From NCBI GenBank assembly GCA_031362565.1, contig JANLSU010000058.1, positions 1-64,000 of the forward strand: a stretch of 64,000 nucleotides of DNA. The letters run 5' to 3'. Both the position numbers and the translations under genes were made by a program. The stretch is from a bacterium. Lineage in GTDB: Bacteria > Krumholzibacteriota > Krumholzibacteriia > G020349025. Shown here piece after piece: positions 50,383-61,715 of the stretch (positions are counted from its first letter, which is position 1; each line of letters starts with the position of its first letter). Under the pieces are notes generated by a model, which ran no database searches, was not told the DNA's origin, and worked only from the letters and a program-made list of their open reading frames with translations.

Positions 50383-51489
50383 CGACGATCGACCGGGTAG
50401 AACAGCAGGCACGGCTCACTCACCTCAAGGAGTGTCTTTGATCTGCCTCGACTCGTGGCAGAACTCGACACGCTCGAACAACGCACCGCGGCCGCCGGCT
50501 TCTGGGATGACCCCAAAGCGGCACGCGAGACCCTGCAAGGTGTGAAAGAACACAAACTTTGGGTCGAACCCGTGCGCCGTCTCGAAGCCAAGCTCGTCGA
50601 TCTCGGCGAGCTTGCGACGCTGGCGGCAGCGGAAAATGATCCGGCGACGCTGGCGGATGTCGAGCGCGACATGCAAGCCGTGGCGCGCGAGTTGGACGAT
50701 CTCGAGTTTCGCCTCATGCTGGGCGGCGAAGACGACTCCAAGAACGCCATCTTGAGCATCCACCCCGGCACCGGCGGGCTCGAGTCGCAGGACTGGGCCG
50801 AGATGTTGATGCGCATGTATATGCGCTACTGCGAACGGCACGGCTGGAAATTCGAGGTCATCGATCTGCAAGCCGGCGAAGGCGCCGGCATCAAGAGCGC
50901 GACGATCGAGGTGTCCGGCGAGTATGCGTACGGTCGGCTCAAGGCGGAGAGCGGCGTGCACCGGCTCATCCGCATCTCGCCATTCGATGCCAACCAGCGC
51001 CGCCAGACCTCTTTCGCGTCGGTGATGGCGTACCCGGAAATCGAAGGTGACGTGGAGGTCGACATCCAGGACGCCGACCTGCGCATCGATACCTACCGCG
51101 CCAGCGGCGCCGGCGGCCAGCACGTCAACAAGACGAGTTCCGCGGTGCGGATCACGCACTTGCCGACCAAAATCGTCGTGACGTGCCAGAACGAACGCTC
51201 TCAAGGGCGCAACCGCGAGTTGGCGATGAAAGTTCTGCGGGCCCGCTTGTACAAGCACTACAAGGAGATCGAGGAAGCGAAACGTGTGGAGCGCGAACCT
51301 GAAAAGAAGGAAATCGGCTTCGGAAGCCAGATTCGCACCTACACGTTCATGCCGTACACGCTGGTCAAGGATCATCGCACGAACATCGACTCCGGCGACG
51401 TGCAAGCGGTGATGGACGGCAAGCTCGATGATTTCATCGACGGCTATCTGAAGTGGGCCAACGAAGTCCGTCAAACCCCGCGCTCGTAA
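50379..51489 (+). CDS. prfB: Peptide chain release factor 2, +1 programmed frameshift at CTT-TGA (50436-50441)
   Basis: ORF1 MTTID...KECL*; AAGGAG-TGT-CTT-TGA; +1 frame has SPF and GAGGQHVN. Confidence 0.95.
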
Positions 51490-51519
51490 CGCCCCCGGAC
51501 GCTCGAGGAGGAAGACGCA

Positions 51520-53025
51520 ATGTCGCGACCGGACGCGCTGATGCAGGATCGCATCCAGAAGGTCGAAACCTGGCGGCAGCACGGCATCGACCCGTATCCG
51601 GCGAGTTTTCGGCGCACCCACACGACGGAGCAGATACGGACCACGGAGAGCCAGATCGGGGCGGCGGAGATCGCCATCGCCGGGCGCCTGATGACCTTGC
51701 GCGGCCACGGCAAGACGGCCTTCGCGCACCTCCAAGACGGCAGCGGACGGCTGCAGATCTATGTGCGGCAGGATGCGTTGGGCGAGCGGTATGAACAGTG
51801 GCAATGGGTCGAGGTGGGGGACCACATCGGCTGCCGCGGCACGCTCTTTCGCACCAAGACCGGCGAACTGACGTTGCAAGTCGGCGATTTTACCATGCTC
51901 GCCAAGTCGCTGCGGCCGTTGCCCGACAAGTGGCACGGCCTCACCGACAAGGAAGTCCGCTACCGCCAGCGGTACGTCGATTTGTTCGTCAATCCCGAGG
52001 TCCGTGACGTCTTCGTGAAACGCTCCCGCATCGTCACCGCGGTACGGACCCAGTTGCTCGACCGGGGCTTTCTCGAAGTCGAGACGCCGGTCCTCCAGCC
52101 GTTGTACGGCGGCGCCAGCGCCCGCCCGTTCGTGACCCGGCACAATGCGCTCGACATGCAGTTGTACTTGCGGATCGCCCCGGAACTGTACTTGAAACGT
52201 TTGCTGGTGGGCGGCATGGAAGGCGTCTTCGAAGTGGCGCGCAATTTCCGCAACGAGGGCATGGATCGCTCGCACAATCCCGAGTTCACCATGCTCGAAC
52301 TGTACGTGGCGTACTGGGACTACGAGGATCAGATGCAGCTCACCGAAGACATCGTGCGCGGCGCGGCCAAGCAGGTGGAGGCGCTGCAGGCGCACTTTGG
52401 GGAGCATGTGGTCGATTTTGGCGCGCCGTTTCACCGCGTCCGGTTCTTCGCGGCGCTGGAGACGGCGGCGGGCTGTCCGTTGCGCGGCGTGGACGCGGCC
52501 GGGTTACGCGCCGTCGCGCGCCGCTTGCACGTCGAACATGCGCCGGGCGACGGCGTGGCGCGCCTCCTCGACAGCTTGTTCGGGGCCCTCGTCGAACCCG
52601 GCCTCATCCAACCGACCTTCGTCGTCGACTACCCCAAGGAACTCTCGCCGCTCGCCAAGGATCATCGCAGCGAGCCCGGGCTCGTGGAGCGCTTCGAATT
52701 GTATGCCGCCGGCATGGAACTCGCGAACGCGTTCTCCGAACTGAACGACCCGCTCGAACAGCGCCGCCGGTTCGAGGAGCAAGTCGCGGCGCGCGCCGGC
52801 GGCGACGCCGAGGCACACCCGCTGGACGAGGATTATCTCCGGGCGCTCGAATACGGCATGCCGCCGGCGGGCGGGCTCGGCCTCGGGATCGACCGCTTGG
52901 TGATGCTGCTCACCGGATCGGTGTCGATTCGCGACGTCCTGCTGTTCCCGGCGCTGCGGCCGGAAGATCCACCGGACACCACTGAAGACGCCCCGAGCCC
53001 AGGCGGCGCGGTGACCCCGGCGTGA
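51520..53025 (+). CDS. lysS: Lysine--tRNA ligase (class II)
   Basis: RYRQRYVDL, LRIAPELYLKRL, FRNEG, HNPEFT, GLGIDRL. Confidence 0.97.
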   Translation: MSRPDALMQDRIQKVETWRQHGIDPYPASFRRTHTTEQIRTTESQIGAAEIAIAGRLMTLRGHGKTAFAHLQDGSGRLQIYVRQDALGERYEQWQWVEVGDHIGCRGTLFRTKTGELTLQVGDFTMLAKSLRPLPDKWHGLTDKEVRYRQRYVDLFVNPEVRDVFVKRSRIVTAVRTQLLDRGFLEVETPVLQPLYGGASARPFVTRHNALDMQLYLRIAPELYLKRLLVGGMEGVFEVARNFRNEGMDRSHNPEFTMLELYVAYWDYEDQMQLTEDIVRGAAKQVEALQAHFGEHVVDFGAPFHRVRFFAALETAAGCPLRGVDAAGLRAVARRLHVEHAPGDGVARLLDSLFGALVEPGLIQPTFVVDYPKELSPLAKDHRSEPGLVERFELYAAGMELANAFSELNDPLEQRRRFEEQVAARAGGDAEAHPLDEDYLRALEYGMPPAGGLGLGIDRLVMLLTGSVSIRDVLLFPALRPEDPPDTTEDAPSPGGAVTPA

Positions 53026-54275
53026 TGCGCTACACCTGGTTCATCGGCCTGCGCTATCTGCGGCCCAAGCACCGGCATTTCCTCCTGTCGGTCATCGCGG
53101 TCATCGCGACCGTGGGCGTCATGTTCGCGGTCGCGGCGCCCGAACTGACGCTGTCCGTGATGAACGGCTTCGAGAAGGAAGTCCGCATGCGCATCGTCAA
53201 CACCAACTACAACGTGTTCGTGATGTCGCGGTCCGAGTTCCACGACTGGCACGCGGTCATGGACACGGTACGGCGCCACAAGGGTGTGCAATCGGTGTCG
53301 CCGTTCGTGCGCCAAGCAGCCATGCTGTCGTTCGGCAACCAGGGTTCAGGCCAGCGCTTTCACGGTTGCGAGGTCCTCGGCGTGAATGCCGCCGAGGAAT
53401 CCTTGACGACCCGCGTCATCCAGACCACCAAGCCCGAGTTCTACGGCTTCGATTCGGATCTCTTCGACGTCGACGGGCAGCACTATCCGGGCATCGTCCT
53501 TGGTGTCGACCTGGGCAAGGAACTGACCGTCAGCCTGGGAGATGTGCTGACGGTCGCGGCCCAGGCGGATTCGGGCGCAGTGGGTGGCGAATCGCGCATC
53601 GTACAGCGGCGCTTTCGCGTCGTCGGTTTCCTGAATTCAGGTTTTTACGAATTCGACGCCCAGCTCGCCTACGTGTCGCTGGCCGAAGCGCAGAGCTTGT
53701 TTGGATTCGGCAACCGTGTCTACGGGATTGGCGTTCGCGTCGACGATATCTATGCCGCCGACCGGATCGGCAGCGAGCTCGATGCACAGCTTGGGCTGCG
53801 CTACTACACGAACAATTGGATGTACATGTTCCGCAACGTCTTCACGTGGATGGCGACGGAGCGCAAGCTGATGACGCTGGTGTTCGCGGTGATCATCGCC
53901 ATCGCCGCGATCACCGTGGTTGGGATGCTGACCATGATCGTGATGGAGAAGCGCAAAGCCATCGGCATCCTGAAGAGTCTCGGCGTCCCCCGCGGCGGCA
54001 TCATGACGATTTTCATCATTCAAGGCACGGCGATCGGCGTCGTGGGCGCGGTGCTTGGGAGCGCCTTGGGCTATATGGCGTGCCAAATCGTCGACCGGGT
54101 CGGCATCGATCTGCCGGGCGATGTGTACATCATCGACACGTTGCCGGTGCAGATGCGGCCGCTGGATTTCGCGATCGTCTCGGGGGTTGCCGTGGTGCTC
54201 TGTTTCCTGGCGACGCTGTATCCGAGCTGGGAGGCGGCGCGGCTCGATCCCATCGAGGCGATCCGCTATGAATGA
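53022..54275 (+). CDS. lolC: Lipoprotein-releasing ABC transporter permease LolC/E
   Basis: SVMNGF, IGILKSLG, VYIIDTLPV, LYPSWEAARLDPIEAIRYE. Confidence 0.88.
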   Translation: MMRYTWFIGLRYLRPKHRHFLLSVIAVIATVGVMFAVAAPELTLSVMNGFEKEVRMRIVNTNYNVFVMSRSEFHDWHAVMDTVRRHKGVQSVSPFVRQAAMLSFGNQGSGQRFHGCEVLGVNAAEESLTTRVIQTTKPEFYGFDSDLFDVDGQHYPGIVLGVDLGKELTVSLGDVLTVAAQADSGAVGGESRIVQRRFRVVGFLNSGFYEFDAQLAYVSLAEAQSLFGFGNRVYGIGVRVDDIYAADRIGSELDAQLGLRYYTNNWMYMFRNVFTWMATERKLMTLVFAVIIAIAAITVVGMLTMIVMEKRKAIGILKSLGVPRGGIMTIFIIQGTAIGVVGAVLGSALGYMACQIVDRVGIDLPGDVYIIDTLPVQMRPLDFAIVSGVAVVLCFLATLYPSWEAARLDPIEAIRYE

Positions 54276-54342
54276 GCGTCCCTTGCGGGCCCGGTGAGCC
54301 GCGGCCTACATTCGAGCCTAAGCCCAAGCAGGGAGGGGTCGA

Positions 54343-55041
54343 TTGACCGAGGTCGTGCGGGCGGCAGGCGTCCAGAAGGGCTTTGGGCCGGCGGATGCGC
54401 GCATCCAGGTCCTCTCCGACGTGGCACTCGCGGTCACGGCGGGAGAAATGGTGGCAGTGGCGGGCAGTTCGGGGAGCGGGAAGAGCACGCTGCTGCACAT
54501 CCTCGGTGGGCTCCTGCATCCGGATGCGGGGCAGGTCGAGGTGGACGGCGATGCGGTCTATGGGATTTCGGAAATGCGGCGCGCCGCGTTGCGCAACACC
54601 CGGGTGGGATTCGTGTTCCAATTTCATCACCTGTTGCCGGAGTTCAGCGCGGCGGAAAATGTCGCCCTGCCGGCGATGGTGGCCGGAGTCGGACAAGCAG
54701 CGGCGCTCGAGCGGGCCCGCGAGCTGTTGGCGGAGATGGGACTCGCGGCGCGTGCCCACCACAAACCGGGCGAGATGTCGGGCGGCGAGCAACAGCGGGT
54801 GGCGGTGGCGCGGGCGCTCGTCAACAACCCGCGGGTGATCCTGGCCGACGAACCGTCGGGGAACTTGGACTCGAGCGCCAGCGAACAACTGCATGCGCTG
54901 CTCGAGAATCTGGCGCGTGACCGCGGTGTCGCGTTGCTGATTGCGACTCACAGTCCGGCGCTCGCGCGGCGGGCGCACCGGACGCTCGTGCTGAAGGATC
55001 AGCGTTTGCACGCCGCCGGCGACTTGGAGGGCTGGGCATGA
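54343..55041 (+). CDS. lolD: Lipoprotein-releasing ABC transporter ATPase
   Basis: GSSGSGKST, GFVFQFHHLLPEFSA.EN, SGGEQQRVA. Confidence 0.93.
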   Translation: MTEVVRAAGVQKGFGPADARIQVLSDVALAVTAGEMVAVAGSSGSGKSTLLHILGGLLHPDAGQVEVDGDAVYGISEMRRAALRNTRVGFVFQFHHLLPEFSAAENVALPAMVAGVGQAAALERARELLAEMGLAARAHHKPGEMSGGEQQRVAVARALVNNPRVILADEPSGNLDSSASEQLHALLENLARDRGVALLIATHSPALARRAHRTLVLKDQRLHAAGDLEGWA

Positions 55042-55607
55042 GCGACCCGCGCTGTGATCTCTGCGGTGGGCAGCACGCGACGGTGCGTTTCACCGAGATC
55101 GACGACGGCCAGAAGACCAAACGGACGATTTGCCGTACTTGTGCCGAAGCCCGCGGCCTGCTCGAATCGACGTCGCCGACCGTGACGGTCTTGCAGAAGC
55201 TCTTGTCGGTCGCACCGGTGCCGAAGGCACCGCCCGGCGAAACGCCGGCGCCGGCGACCGTCGAACGGAGTTGTCCGAGTTGTGCGTTGTCGCTGGCGAC
55301 GTTCCGGCGCCAGGGCCGCCTGGGATGCGCGATGTGCTGGACGGTGTTCGAGGCCCAGCTCGTACCGATCTTGCGCAACATCCAACCCAATGTACGGCAC
55401 GTCGGCAAGGCACCGCGGACCCACGCCCGCCAGGCGGAATTGCGGCAGCGTTTCGCGGATTTGCGCGCCGAGCTGGAGCGCGCCGTGCGCGGCGAAGACT
55501 ACGAACGGGCGGCGCATGTGCGCGACGAGATTCGCACCCTGGAACGCCTCGAAAGCGCCCCGGCAGTACCGGCCGGCGACGAACCGGCCGGGGAGAACCA
55601 GCCATGA
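55038..55607 (+). CDS. mcsA: Protein-arginine kinase activator
   Basis: Four CxxC (CDLC, CRTC, CPSC, CAMC) plus UVR domain EDYERAAHVRDEI. Confidence 0.92.
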   Translation: MSDPRCDLCGGQHATVRFTEIDDGQKTKRTICRTCAEARGLLESTSPTVTVLQKLLSVAPVPKAPPGETPAPATVERSCPSCALSLATFRRQGRLGCAMCWTVFEAQLVPILRNIQPNVRHVGKAPRTHARQAELRQRFADLRAELERAVRGEDYERAAHVRDEIRTLERLESAPAVPAGDEPAGENQP

Positions 55608-56659
55608 CCACGTGGGCGGAACTCGCAGCGGCACCCTGCGGTTGGCTCTCCGATCACGCCCCGCAGGGTGGCGCGGTGCTGTCGTCGCGGATCCGGCTGG
55701 CGCGCAATCTTGCCGGCCGCACCTTTCCGCAACGGGCCCGCCGGCCGCAGCGGTCGGAGTTGCGGCGGGAAATTTTCGAGCGCACCCACGGCCTCGAACG
55801 CCTCAACGCTGGCGCCTGGCTGGCGCTCGACGAACTCGAACAGGTCCAGAGACGGTTCCTGGGCGAACGTCAGCTCGTCAGCCAAGACCTCGTCGAATCG
55901 CCCGAAGGACGCGGCGTCGTGATCGCGACCGACCAGACAATGTCGTTCATGGTGAACGAGGAAGATCACCTGCGGATCCAAGCCATCCGGAGCGGCCTGG
56001 ACTTGGACGCCGCCTATCACGCGGCCGACGGGCTCGAATGCGATCTGGACGCCCGGCTCGAGTTCGCCTACTCGGAACGTTTCGGCTTCCTGACGGCGTG
56101 CCCGACCAATGCCGGCACCGGCATGCGTGCATCGGTGCTGATCCACTTGCCGGGGATCTGCCTCAACAAGGAGACCGACCGGCTGTTCGAGACGCTGCGG
56201 GCGCAGGGTCTGACGATTCGCGGCTTCTACGGCGAGGGCAGCGCCATGCTCGGAAATTTTTTCCAGATCTCGAACGCCACGACGCTCGGAATGCGTGAAG
56301 CCGAGATCCTCGAGAAACTGGATCGTGCCGCGCGTGAGCTGATCGCCTGGGAAGAACAGGCACGGGATGCGCTCCTGTCCAGGGCACGGAGCTTGCTCGA
56401 GGACCGAATCTGGCGTTCCTACGGAGTGTTGCGCTACGCGCGCGTGCTGTCCGCCGAGGAGGTCCTGAATCATGCTTCGCTCCTGCGGTTGGGAATCGGC
56501 ATCGGGACGCTGCAGGTTCCCGTGCAAGTGTTGAACGAGATCCTGATCCACGGCCAGCCGGCGCACGCCCAGGTTTTGGGCCGCGGCGATCAGCCGGGCG
56601 AGCGCGATACGTGGCGGGCCGAGATGGTGCGCAAGAAATTGCGGCAGGTGGAGCCCTAA
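55604..56659 (+). CDS. mcsB: Protein arginine kinase
   Basis: SSRIRLARN, NEEDHLRIQ, LTACPTNAGTGMRAS.LIHLP, FQISN. Confidence 0.95.
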   Translation: MTTWAELAAAPCGWLSDHAPQGGAVLSSRIRLARNLAGRTFPQRARRPQRSELRREIFERTHGLERLNAGAWLALDELEQVQRRFLGERQLVSQDLVESPEGRGVVIATDQTMSFMVNEEDHLRIQAIRSGLDLDAAYHAADGLECDLDARLEFAYSERFGFLTACPTNAGTGMRASVLIHLPGICLNKETDRLFETLRAQGLTIRGFYGEGSAMLGNFFQISNATTLGMREAEILEKLDRAARELIAWEEQARDALLSRARSLLEDRIWRSYGVLRYARVLSAEEVLNHASLLRLGIGIGTLQVPVQVLNEILIHGQPAHAQVLGRGDQPGERDTWRAEMVRKKLRQVEP

Positions 56660-56696
56660 TGGTATATTTTGCGGCCGCACTCCAGGGAGGCCAGCG

Positions 56697-59132
56697 ATGA
56701 ACGATCGTTTTACCGAACGCGTCAAGAAGGTGCTCTTCCTCGCGCGTGACGAGGCTGGCCGGCTTCAACACGACTACATCGGCACGGAGCATTTCCTGCT
56801 CGGGATCGTCCGCGAGGGCGAGGGAATTGCGGCCAAAGTACTGCAGAACCTCGGTTTGACCTCGGAACAGATCCAACAGGCCGTGGAAAAGATGGTGGCG
56901 CCGAGCGGCGGCACGTTGACGATCGGCGAGATTCCGTTTACGCCGCGCGCCAAGCGTGTCCTCGAGCTGTCGGTGGAAGAGGCGCGTCTTCTCGGGCACA
57001 ACTACATCGGCACCGAGCATCTGCTGCTGGGGCTGATTCGCGAGGGCGAGGGCGTGGCAGCCCGGGTGCTCATCGAGCTGGGCGCCGACCGCAAGCGCGT
57101 CCGCGAGGAGACCCTCAAGCTTTTGGGCGGCATCGGCACGACGTCGCGCCCGACCAAGAAGGAAAAACGCGAAACTCCAGCCCTGGATCAATTCGGCCGC
57201 GATCTCACCCAGCTCGCCACGGACGGCAAGCTGGACCCGGTCATTGGCCGTGACAAAGAGATCGAGCGCGTCGTTCAGGTGCTGTCGCGGCGCAAGAAGA
57301 ACAACCCGGCCCTGATCGGTGAACCCGGCGTCGGCAAGACCGCCATCGTCGAGGGCCTGGCCCAACGCATCATCTCGAGCCAGGTGCCGGACCTGCTCAA
57401 AGACAAGAAGCTGGTCACGCTTGATCTCGCATCGATCGTTGCGGGAACGAAATACCGCGGCCAGTTCGAGGAACGCCTGAAGGCGGTCATGAACGAGATC
57501 CGCGAGTCCGAAGACGTCATCGTCTTTATCGACGAGTTGCACACGATCGTCGGCGCCGGCGGCGCCGAGGGCGCCATCGACGCCTCGAACATGCTCAAGC
57601 CGTCGCTCGCCAGAGGCGAACTGCAGTGCATCGGCGCCACCACCCTCGACGAGTACCGCAAGTACATCGAGAAGGACGGCGCTCTCGAGCGGCGGTTCCA
57701 GCCCATCTTCGTCAATCCGCCCAACGAAGAGGAAACCATCCGCATCATCTTCGGCCTGCGCGACAAGTACGAAGCGCATCACCGCGCCAAGATTACCGAT
57801 GCGGCGGTCGTGATGGCGGTGCAACTGTCGCAGCGTTACATCAATGACCGGTTCCTGCCGGACAAGGCGATCGACGTCATCGACGAGGCCGGCAGCCGGG
57901 CGCGGCTGTCGATCAGCAGCATCCCCACCGGGGTGCGCGAACTCGAACAGAAGATCGAGCAGGTCGCCAAGGAAAAGGAATCCTGCATTCAGGCGCAGGA
58001 GTTCGAAAAGGCGGCCGGCTATCGCGACAAGGAAAAGGACTTGCGCGAGCAACTGCGCCAGATCCACGAAGAGTGGAAGGAAAAGAAGAAGGAGCAGGAA
58101 GCCATCGTCGACGGCCAGGACATCGCCCGGGTGGTGGGCGAGATGACCGGCATTCCGGTCGCCAATCTGGCCGAAGGCGAAAGCGAGAAGCTGCTCCGCA
58201 TGGAAGAGCAGCTCGAGAAGCGCATCATCGGCCAGAGCGACGCGGTCAAAGCCGTGTCGCGGGCGGTCAGGCGGAATCGCGCCGGGCTCCGCAACCCGAA
58301 GCGCCCGATCGGTTCCTTCATCTTCTTCGGCCCGACCGGCGTCGGCAAGACCGAGATGGCGAAGGTGCTGGCCAAGTTCCTGTTCGATGACGAAGAGGCG
58401 CTCATCCGCGTCGACATGTCGGAGTACATGGAGAAGTTCGCGGTCAGCCGGCTCATCGGCGCCCCGCCCGGCTACGTCGGCTACGACGAGGGCGGACAGC
58501 TTACCGAGAAGGTGCGCCGCAAACCCTATTCGGTCGTGCTCCTCGACGAAATCGAGAAGGCGCATCCGGACGTGTACAACATTCTGCTGCAGGTGATCGA
58601 AGACGGCCAACTGACCGACAGCTTCGGCCGCCGGGTGGATTTCAAGAATACCGTTCTCATCATGACCTCGAACGTCGGCGCCCGCCAGATGAAGCAAGGC
58701 CCGGGGCTGGGCTTCACCGCCGACGACTCCAGTGTCTATACGGACCTGGCGAGCAAGGTGAAGGACGAGATGAAGAAGGTTTTCAACCCGGAGTTCTTGA
58801 ATCGTATCGACGAGATCATTATCTTCCGGCCGCTGGGACGGGGCGAGATGGGCGACATCCTGAACGTGATGACTGCCGACCTCGAGCAACGGTTGCGGGA
58901 TCTGCAGATTTCCTTCGAGTTCACGGAAGCCGCCAAGACCTTCCTCATCGGCAAGGGCTTCGACTCCAATCTGGGAGCCCGGCCGCTCAGGCGCGCGATC
59001 CAGACCTATCTGGAGGATCCGCTCTCGGAGCGGCTGTTGACGGGGTCCCTGGAGAAGGGGACACGCCTCAAGATCGACGCCGGCGATGACAAACTCGTGT
59101 TCGAGGTGGAGAAGCAAGGCGTCACGTCCTAG
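56697..59132 (+). CDS. clpC: ATP-dependent Clp protease ATPase
   Basis: Two Clp_N repeats, two AAA domains ([16 protein letters not shown]), UVR middle domain, LGF loop. Confidence 0.96.
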   Translation: MNDRFTERVKKVLFLARDEAGRLQHDYIGTEHFLLGIVREGEGIAAKVLQNLGLTSEQIQQAVEKMVAPSGGTLTIGEIPFTPRAKRVLELSVEEARLLGHNYIGTEHLLLGLIREGEGVAARVLIELGADRKRVREETLKLLGGIGTTSRPTKKEKRETPALDQFGRDLTQLATDGKLDPVIGRDKEIERVVQVLSRRKKNNPALIGEPGVGKTAIVEGLAQRIISSQVPDLLKDKKLVTLDLASIVAGTKYRGQFEERLKAVMNEIRESEDVIVFIDELHTIVGAGGAEGAIDASNMLKPSLARGELQCIGATTLDEYRKYIEKDGALERRFQPIFVNPPNEEETIRIIFGLRDKYEAHHRAKITDAAVVMAVQLSQRYINDRFLPDKAIDVIDEAGSRARLSISSIPTGVRELEQKIEQVAKEKESCIQAQEFEKAAGYRDKEKDLREQLRQIHEEWKEKKKEQEAIVDGQDIARVVGEMTGIPVANLAEGESEKLLRMEEQLEKRIIGQSDAVKAVSRAVRRNRAGLRNPKRPIGSFIFFGPTGVGKTEMAKVLAKFLFDDEEALIRVDMSEYMEKFAVSRLIGAPPGYVGYDEGGQLTEKVRRKPYSVVLLDEIEKAHPDVYNILLQVIEDGQLTDSFGRRVDFKNTVLIMTSNVGARQMKQGPGLGFTADDSSVYTDLASKVKDEMKKVFNPEFLNRIDEIIIFRPLGRGEMGDILNVMTADLEQRLRDLQISFEFTEAAKTFLIGKGFDSNLGARPLRRAIQTYLEDPLSERLLTGSLEKGTRLKIDAGDDKLVFEVEKQGVTS

Positions 59133-59161
59133 CGCCTCCATCCCGCGGTTCCAGACCCGAC

Positions 59162-59200
59162 CAGCCCGAAGCCTGGACAGGCGTCGGGCTGTTGTCGTTT
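59162..59200 (+). terminator. Probable intrinsic terminator after clpC
   Basis: CAGCCCGA..GCCT/AGGC..TCGGGCTG followed by TTGTCGTTT. Confidence 0.5.
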
Positions 59201-59291
59201 GATGCGGACAGACGGGTGGCACTTTCGACGCCACCCGGGGTTCCAGGGAAATCGGTCCTGGGCCCGGACCCCCCCTGGGAAGGAACGAGGC

Positions 59292-61628
59292 ATGCTGGTC
59301 GTGGGGAAAGGGCGCGCGTCGGCTCGGGCGGACGTGCGCAGTGGGTGGGTGTGCGTCGTCCTGGCGGCCGCCATCGCATGCTTGGCGACCGGCGCCGGCG
59401 CGCAAACGCTGCCACCGGCGGCGACGGTCCCGAACGTCGTGCGGATCGAGGTCGAAGGCAATCACCAGGTGCCGGTCGATCAAATCCTCCAGTGGTTCGG
59501 TGTCCGTGCCGGTGACCGCTTCGACCCAGGGCGTGTCGCACGTGCCGTCCGCGAACTGACCTCGAAGAAACGATTCGAAGACGTGCGCATCGAGGGCGAG
59601 AACGCCGCCGGTGGCATCGTGTTGCACGTCGTGGTGCGCGAGTATCCGCACCTGGACGGGGTCCGGATCGTCGGTGCCAAGAAGCTCAAGGAAAAGGACA
59701 TCCGCGACGCCCTCAAGCTCGCCACCGGCAGCTTTCTGACCCCGGCTGAGTTGCGTGTCGACCAAGACAAGATCACGTCGTTGTACAAGGACAAGGGCTA
59801 CTTCCGCGCCGTGGTACGCGACACACTGGTCGCGGACGCCGACGGCAAGCAAGCATTGCAATGGCAGATCGAGGAAGGCGAGAAGGTGCGGGCGCGCGAT
59901 GTTGCCTTCGTCGGCAACGACCACATCGCCGCCAAACCACTCGGCAAGCTCTTGAAGCGCGACGGCGGCTTCTTGTCGCTCGGCGACGAACTCCGGTTGG
60001 ATGCGCTGCCGGATGAGTTCGAGAAGATCGCCGGCTATTATCGCGACCGCGGCTACCTCGACGCGCAAGTCGTGTCGCACGATCTCGACGTCGGCAAGGA
60101 CGGCGAGAGCCTGCTGCTGCGGATCCACGTCCAGGAGGGGCCCCGGTATACCGTCGGCACCATCGGCTGGTCCGGCAACACGGTGTTCGGCGACTCGCTC
60201 TTGCAACGCTGCATTCGCCTGCGCCAGGGCGCGCCGTTCAGCGAGGCGCAGTACGACTCGACGACCGCCGCGATCTACTCGCTCTACAACGACCGCGGCT
60301 ACATTCACTTCAATGCCGTGCCAAAGCGCGACATCCAGGATCATGTCGTGAACGTCGCCTACGAGTTCAGCGAGGGCGACCCGTCCACCGTCGGCCACGT
60401 GCGTATCGCCGGCAATACCAAGACGCACGACAACGTTATTCTGAGAGAATTCCTCATCCTGCCGGGCGACAAATTCGACCGTTCGAAGCTCATGCGTTCG
60501 ATCCGCGAAGTGTATTCGCTCGGTTTCTTCGACGACGCCGGGATCCAGAACTTCACGCCGCGCGACGACGGCACGGTCGACCTGGAGCTCAAAGTGATGG
60601 AGAAACAAACCGGCCAGCTCGGCGCCGGCGCCGGCTACAGCGCCGTGAATGCCGTCACCGGTTTCATCGAGGTCGCGGAAACGAATCTGTTCGGCAGCGG
60701 CAACCGCATGTCGTTCCGCTGGGAGTTTTCGAAACGCCAGAACGATGTCGACTTCAGCTACTCGATGCCGTGGCTGTTCGACACTCCAACGTCGCTCGGC
60801 ATCGACCTCTACAATAGTTCGCGCCGGTCGGCAGTCAGCGATTTCTATCGCGACAAGCGCACCGGTGGTTCGCTCACCGTCGGCCGCCGGCTCGATTTCC
60901 TGGACTACAGCCGGCTGGCGTGGCGGTTCCGCGCCGAGAGCATCGAGCTGACCGATTTCTCGGCCGACTACACCGGCCCGCTGCGGGCCCGTTTCAAGGA
61001 TGGGCGGCGCAAGACGATCAGCACCGGCCTGACGCTGCGGCGTGACTCGACGAACGACCCGTTCTTCCCGAGTGCCGGCTCCGAGGCCGAACTCTCGAGC
61101 GACTTGATCGGCACGGTTTTGGGCGGCGATGAAAGCTACGCGCGCTCGAGCGCCTCGTTGGCGCTGTTTCAGCCGGTCGGGTGGTCGAGACTGGCTCTCA
61201 TGCTGCGGACGCGCTTCGGCCTGCTGCGCGGCCTGCGTGGCCACAGCACGCCGGATTACGAACTGTTCCGTTTGGGCGGCAGCCGCTATTTCGGAGTCCG
61301 TGGGTACGATGACTTCGAAATCGTGCCGGCGGGGAACCCGGCGTTTCTGGGCGGCCAGGCCATGTCCATCTATACGGCCGAACTGACCTACCCCTTCAGT
61401 CCCAAGTTCCACGGCGTCCTGTTCGCCGACGCCGGCAACACCTGGACCTCGTTTCGCGACGCGGACTTGTCGTTGCTCAAGAAGGGCGCCGGGGTGGGTG
61501 TCCGGGTCCAGGTCCCCATGCTGGGACAGCTGGGTCTGGACTACGGGTACGGCTTCGACCGGGTCGACGCCCTCGGGCGGGACCGGGATAGCTGGAATCT
61601 GCACTTCAACTTCGGCCAAATGTTCTGA
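59292..61628 (+). CDS. bamA: Outer-membrane protein assembly factor
   Basis: POTRA repeats, GNTKT.D.VILRE, NLFGSG, VRGY, C-terminal FNFGQMF. Confidence 0.95.
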   Translation: MLVVGKGRASARADVRSGWVCVVLAAAIACLATGAGAQTLPPAATVPNVVRIEVEGNHQVPVDQILQWFGVRAGDRFDPGRVARAVRELTSKKRFEDVRIEGENAAGGIVLHVVVREYPHLDGVRIVGAKKLKEKDIRDALKLATGSFLTPAELRVDQDKITSLYKDKGYFRAVVRDTLVADADGKQALQWQIEEGEKVRARDVAFVGNDHIAAKPLGKLLKRDGGFLSLGDELRLDALPDEFEKIAGYYRDRGYLDAQVVSHDLDVGKDGESLLLRIHVQEGPRYTVGTIGWSGNTVFGDSLLQRCIRLRQGAPFSEAQYDSTTAAIYSLYNDRGYIHFNAVPKRDIQDHVVNVAYEFSEGDPSTVGHVRIAGNTKTHDNVILREFLILPGDKFDRSKLMRSIREVYSLGFFDDAGIQNFTPRDDGTVDLELKVMEKQTGQLGAGAGYSAVNAVTGFIEVAETNLFGSGNRMSFRWEFSKRQNDVDFSYSMPWLFDTPTSLGIDLYNSSRRSAVSDFYRDKRTGGSLTVGRRLDFLDYSRLAWRFRAESIELTDFSADYTGPLRARFKDGRRKTISTGLTLRRDSTNDPFFPSAGSEAELSSDLIGTVLGGDESYARSSASLALFQPVGWSRLALMLRTRFGLLRGLRGHSTPDYELFRLGGSRYFGVRGYDDFEIVPAGNPAFLGGQAMSIYTAELTYPFSPKFHGVLFADAGNTWTSFRDADLSLLKKGAGVGVRVQVPMLGQLGLDYGYGFDRVDALGRDRDSWNLHFNFGQMF

Positions 61629-61715
61629 AATCGCCTAGAATGCCGGGCGCTCCGGGCCTCTCGAGGGCCCTGTGGGCCCGTGGGGCCTCGCGTCACCAAA
61701 AGCGCCAACGGGAGG

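Noticed and set aside
56163..61619. 1818-aa minus-strand ORF and many other long antisense or alternate-frame ORFs
   Set aside because: They overlap clearly identifiable genes (mcsB, clpC, bamA) and have no motifs; expected shadow ORFs in high-GC DNA
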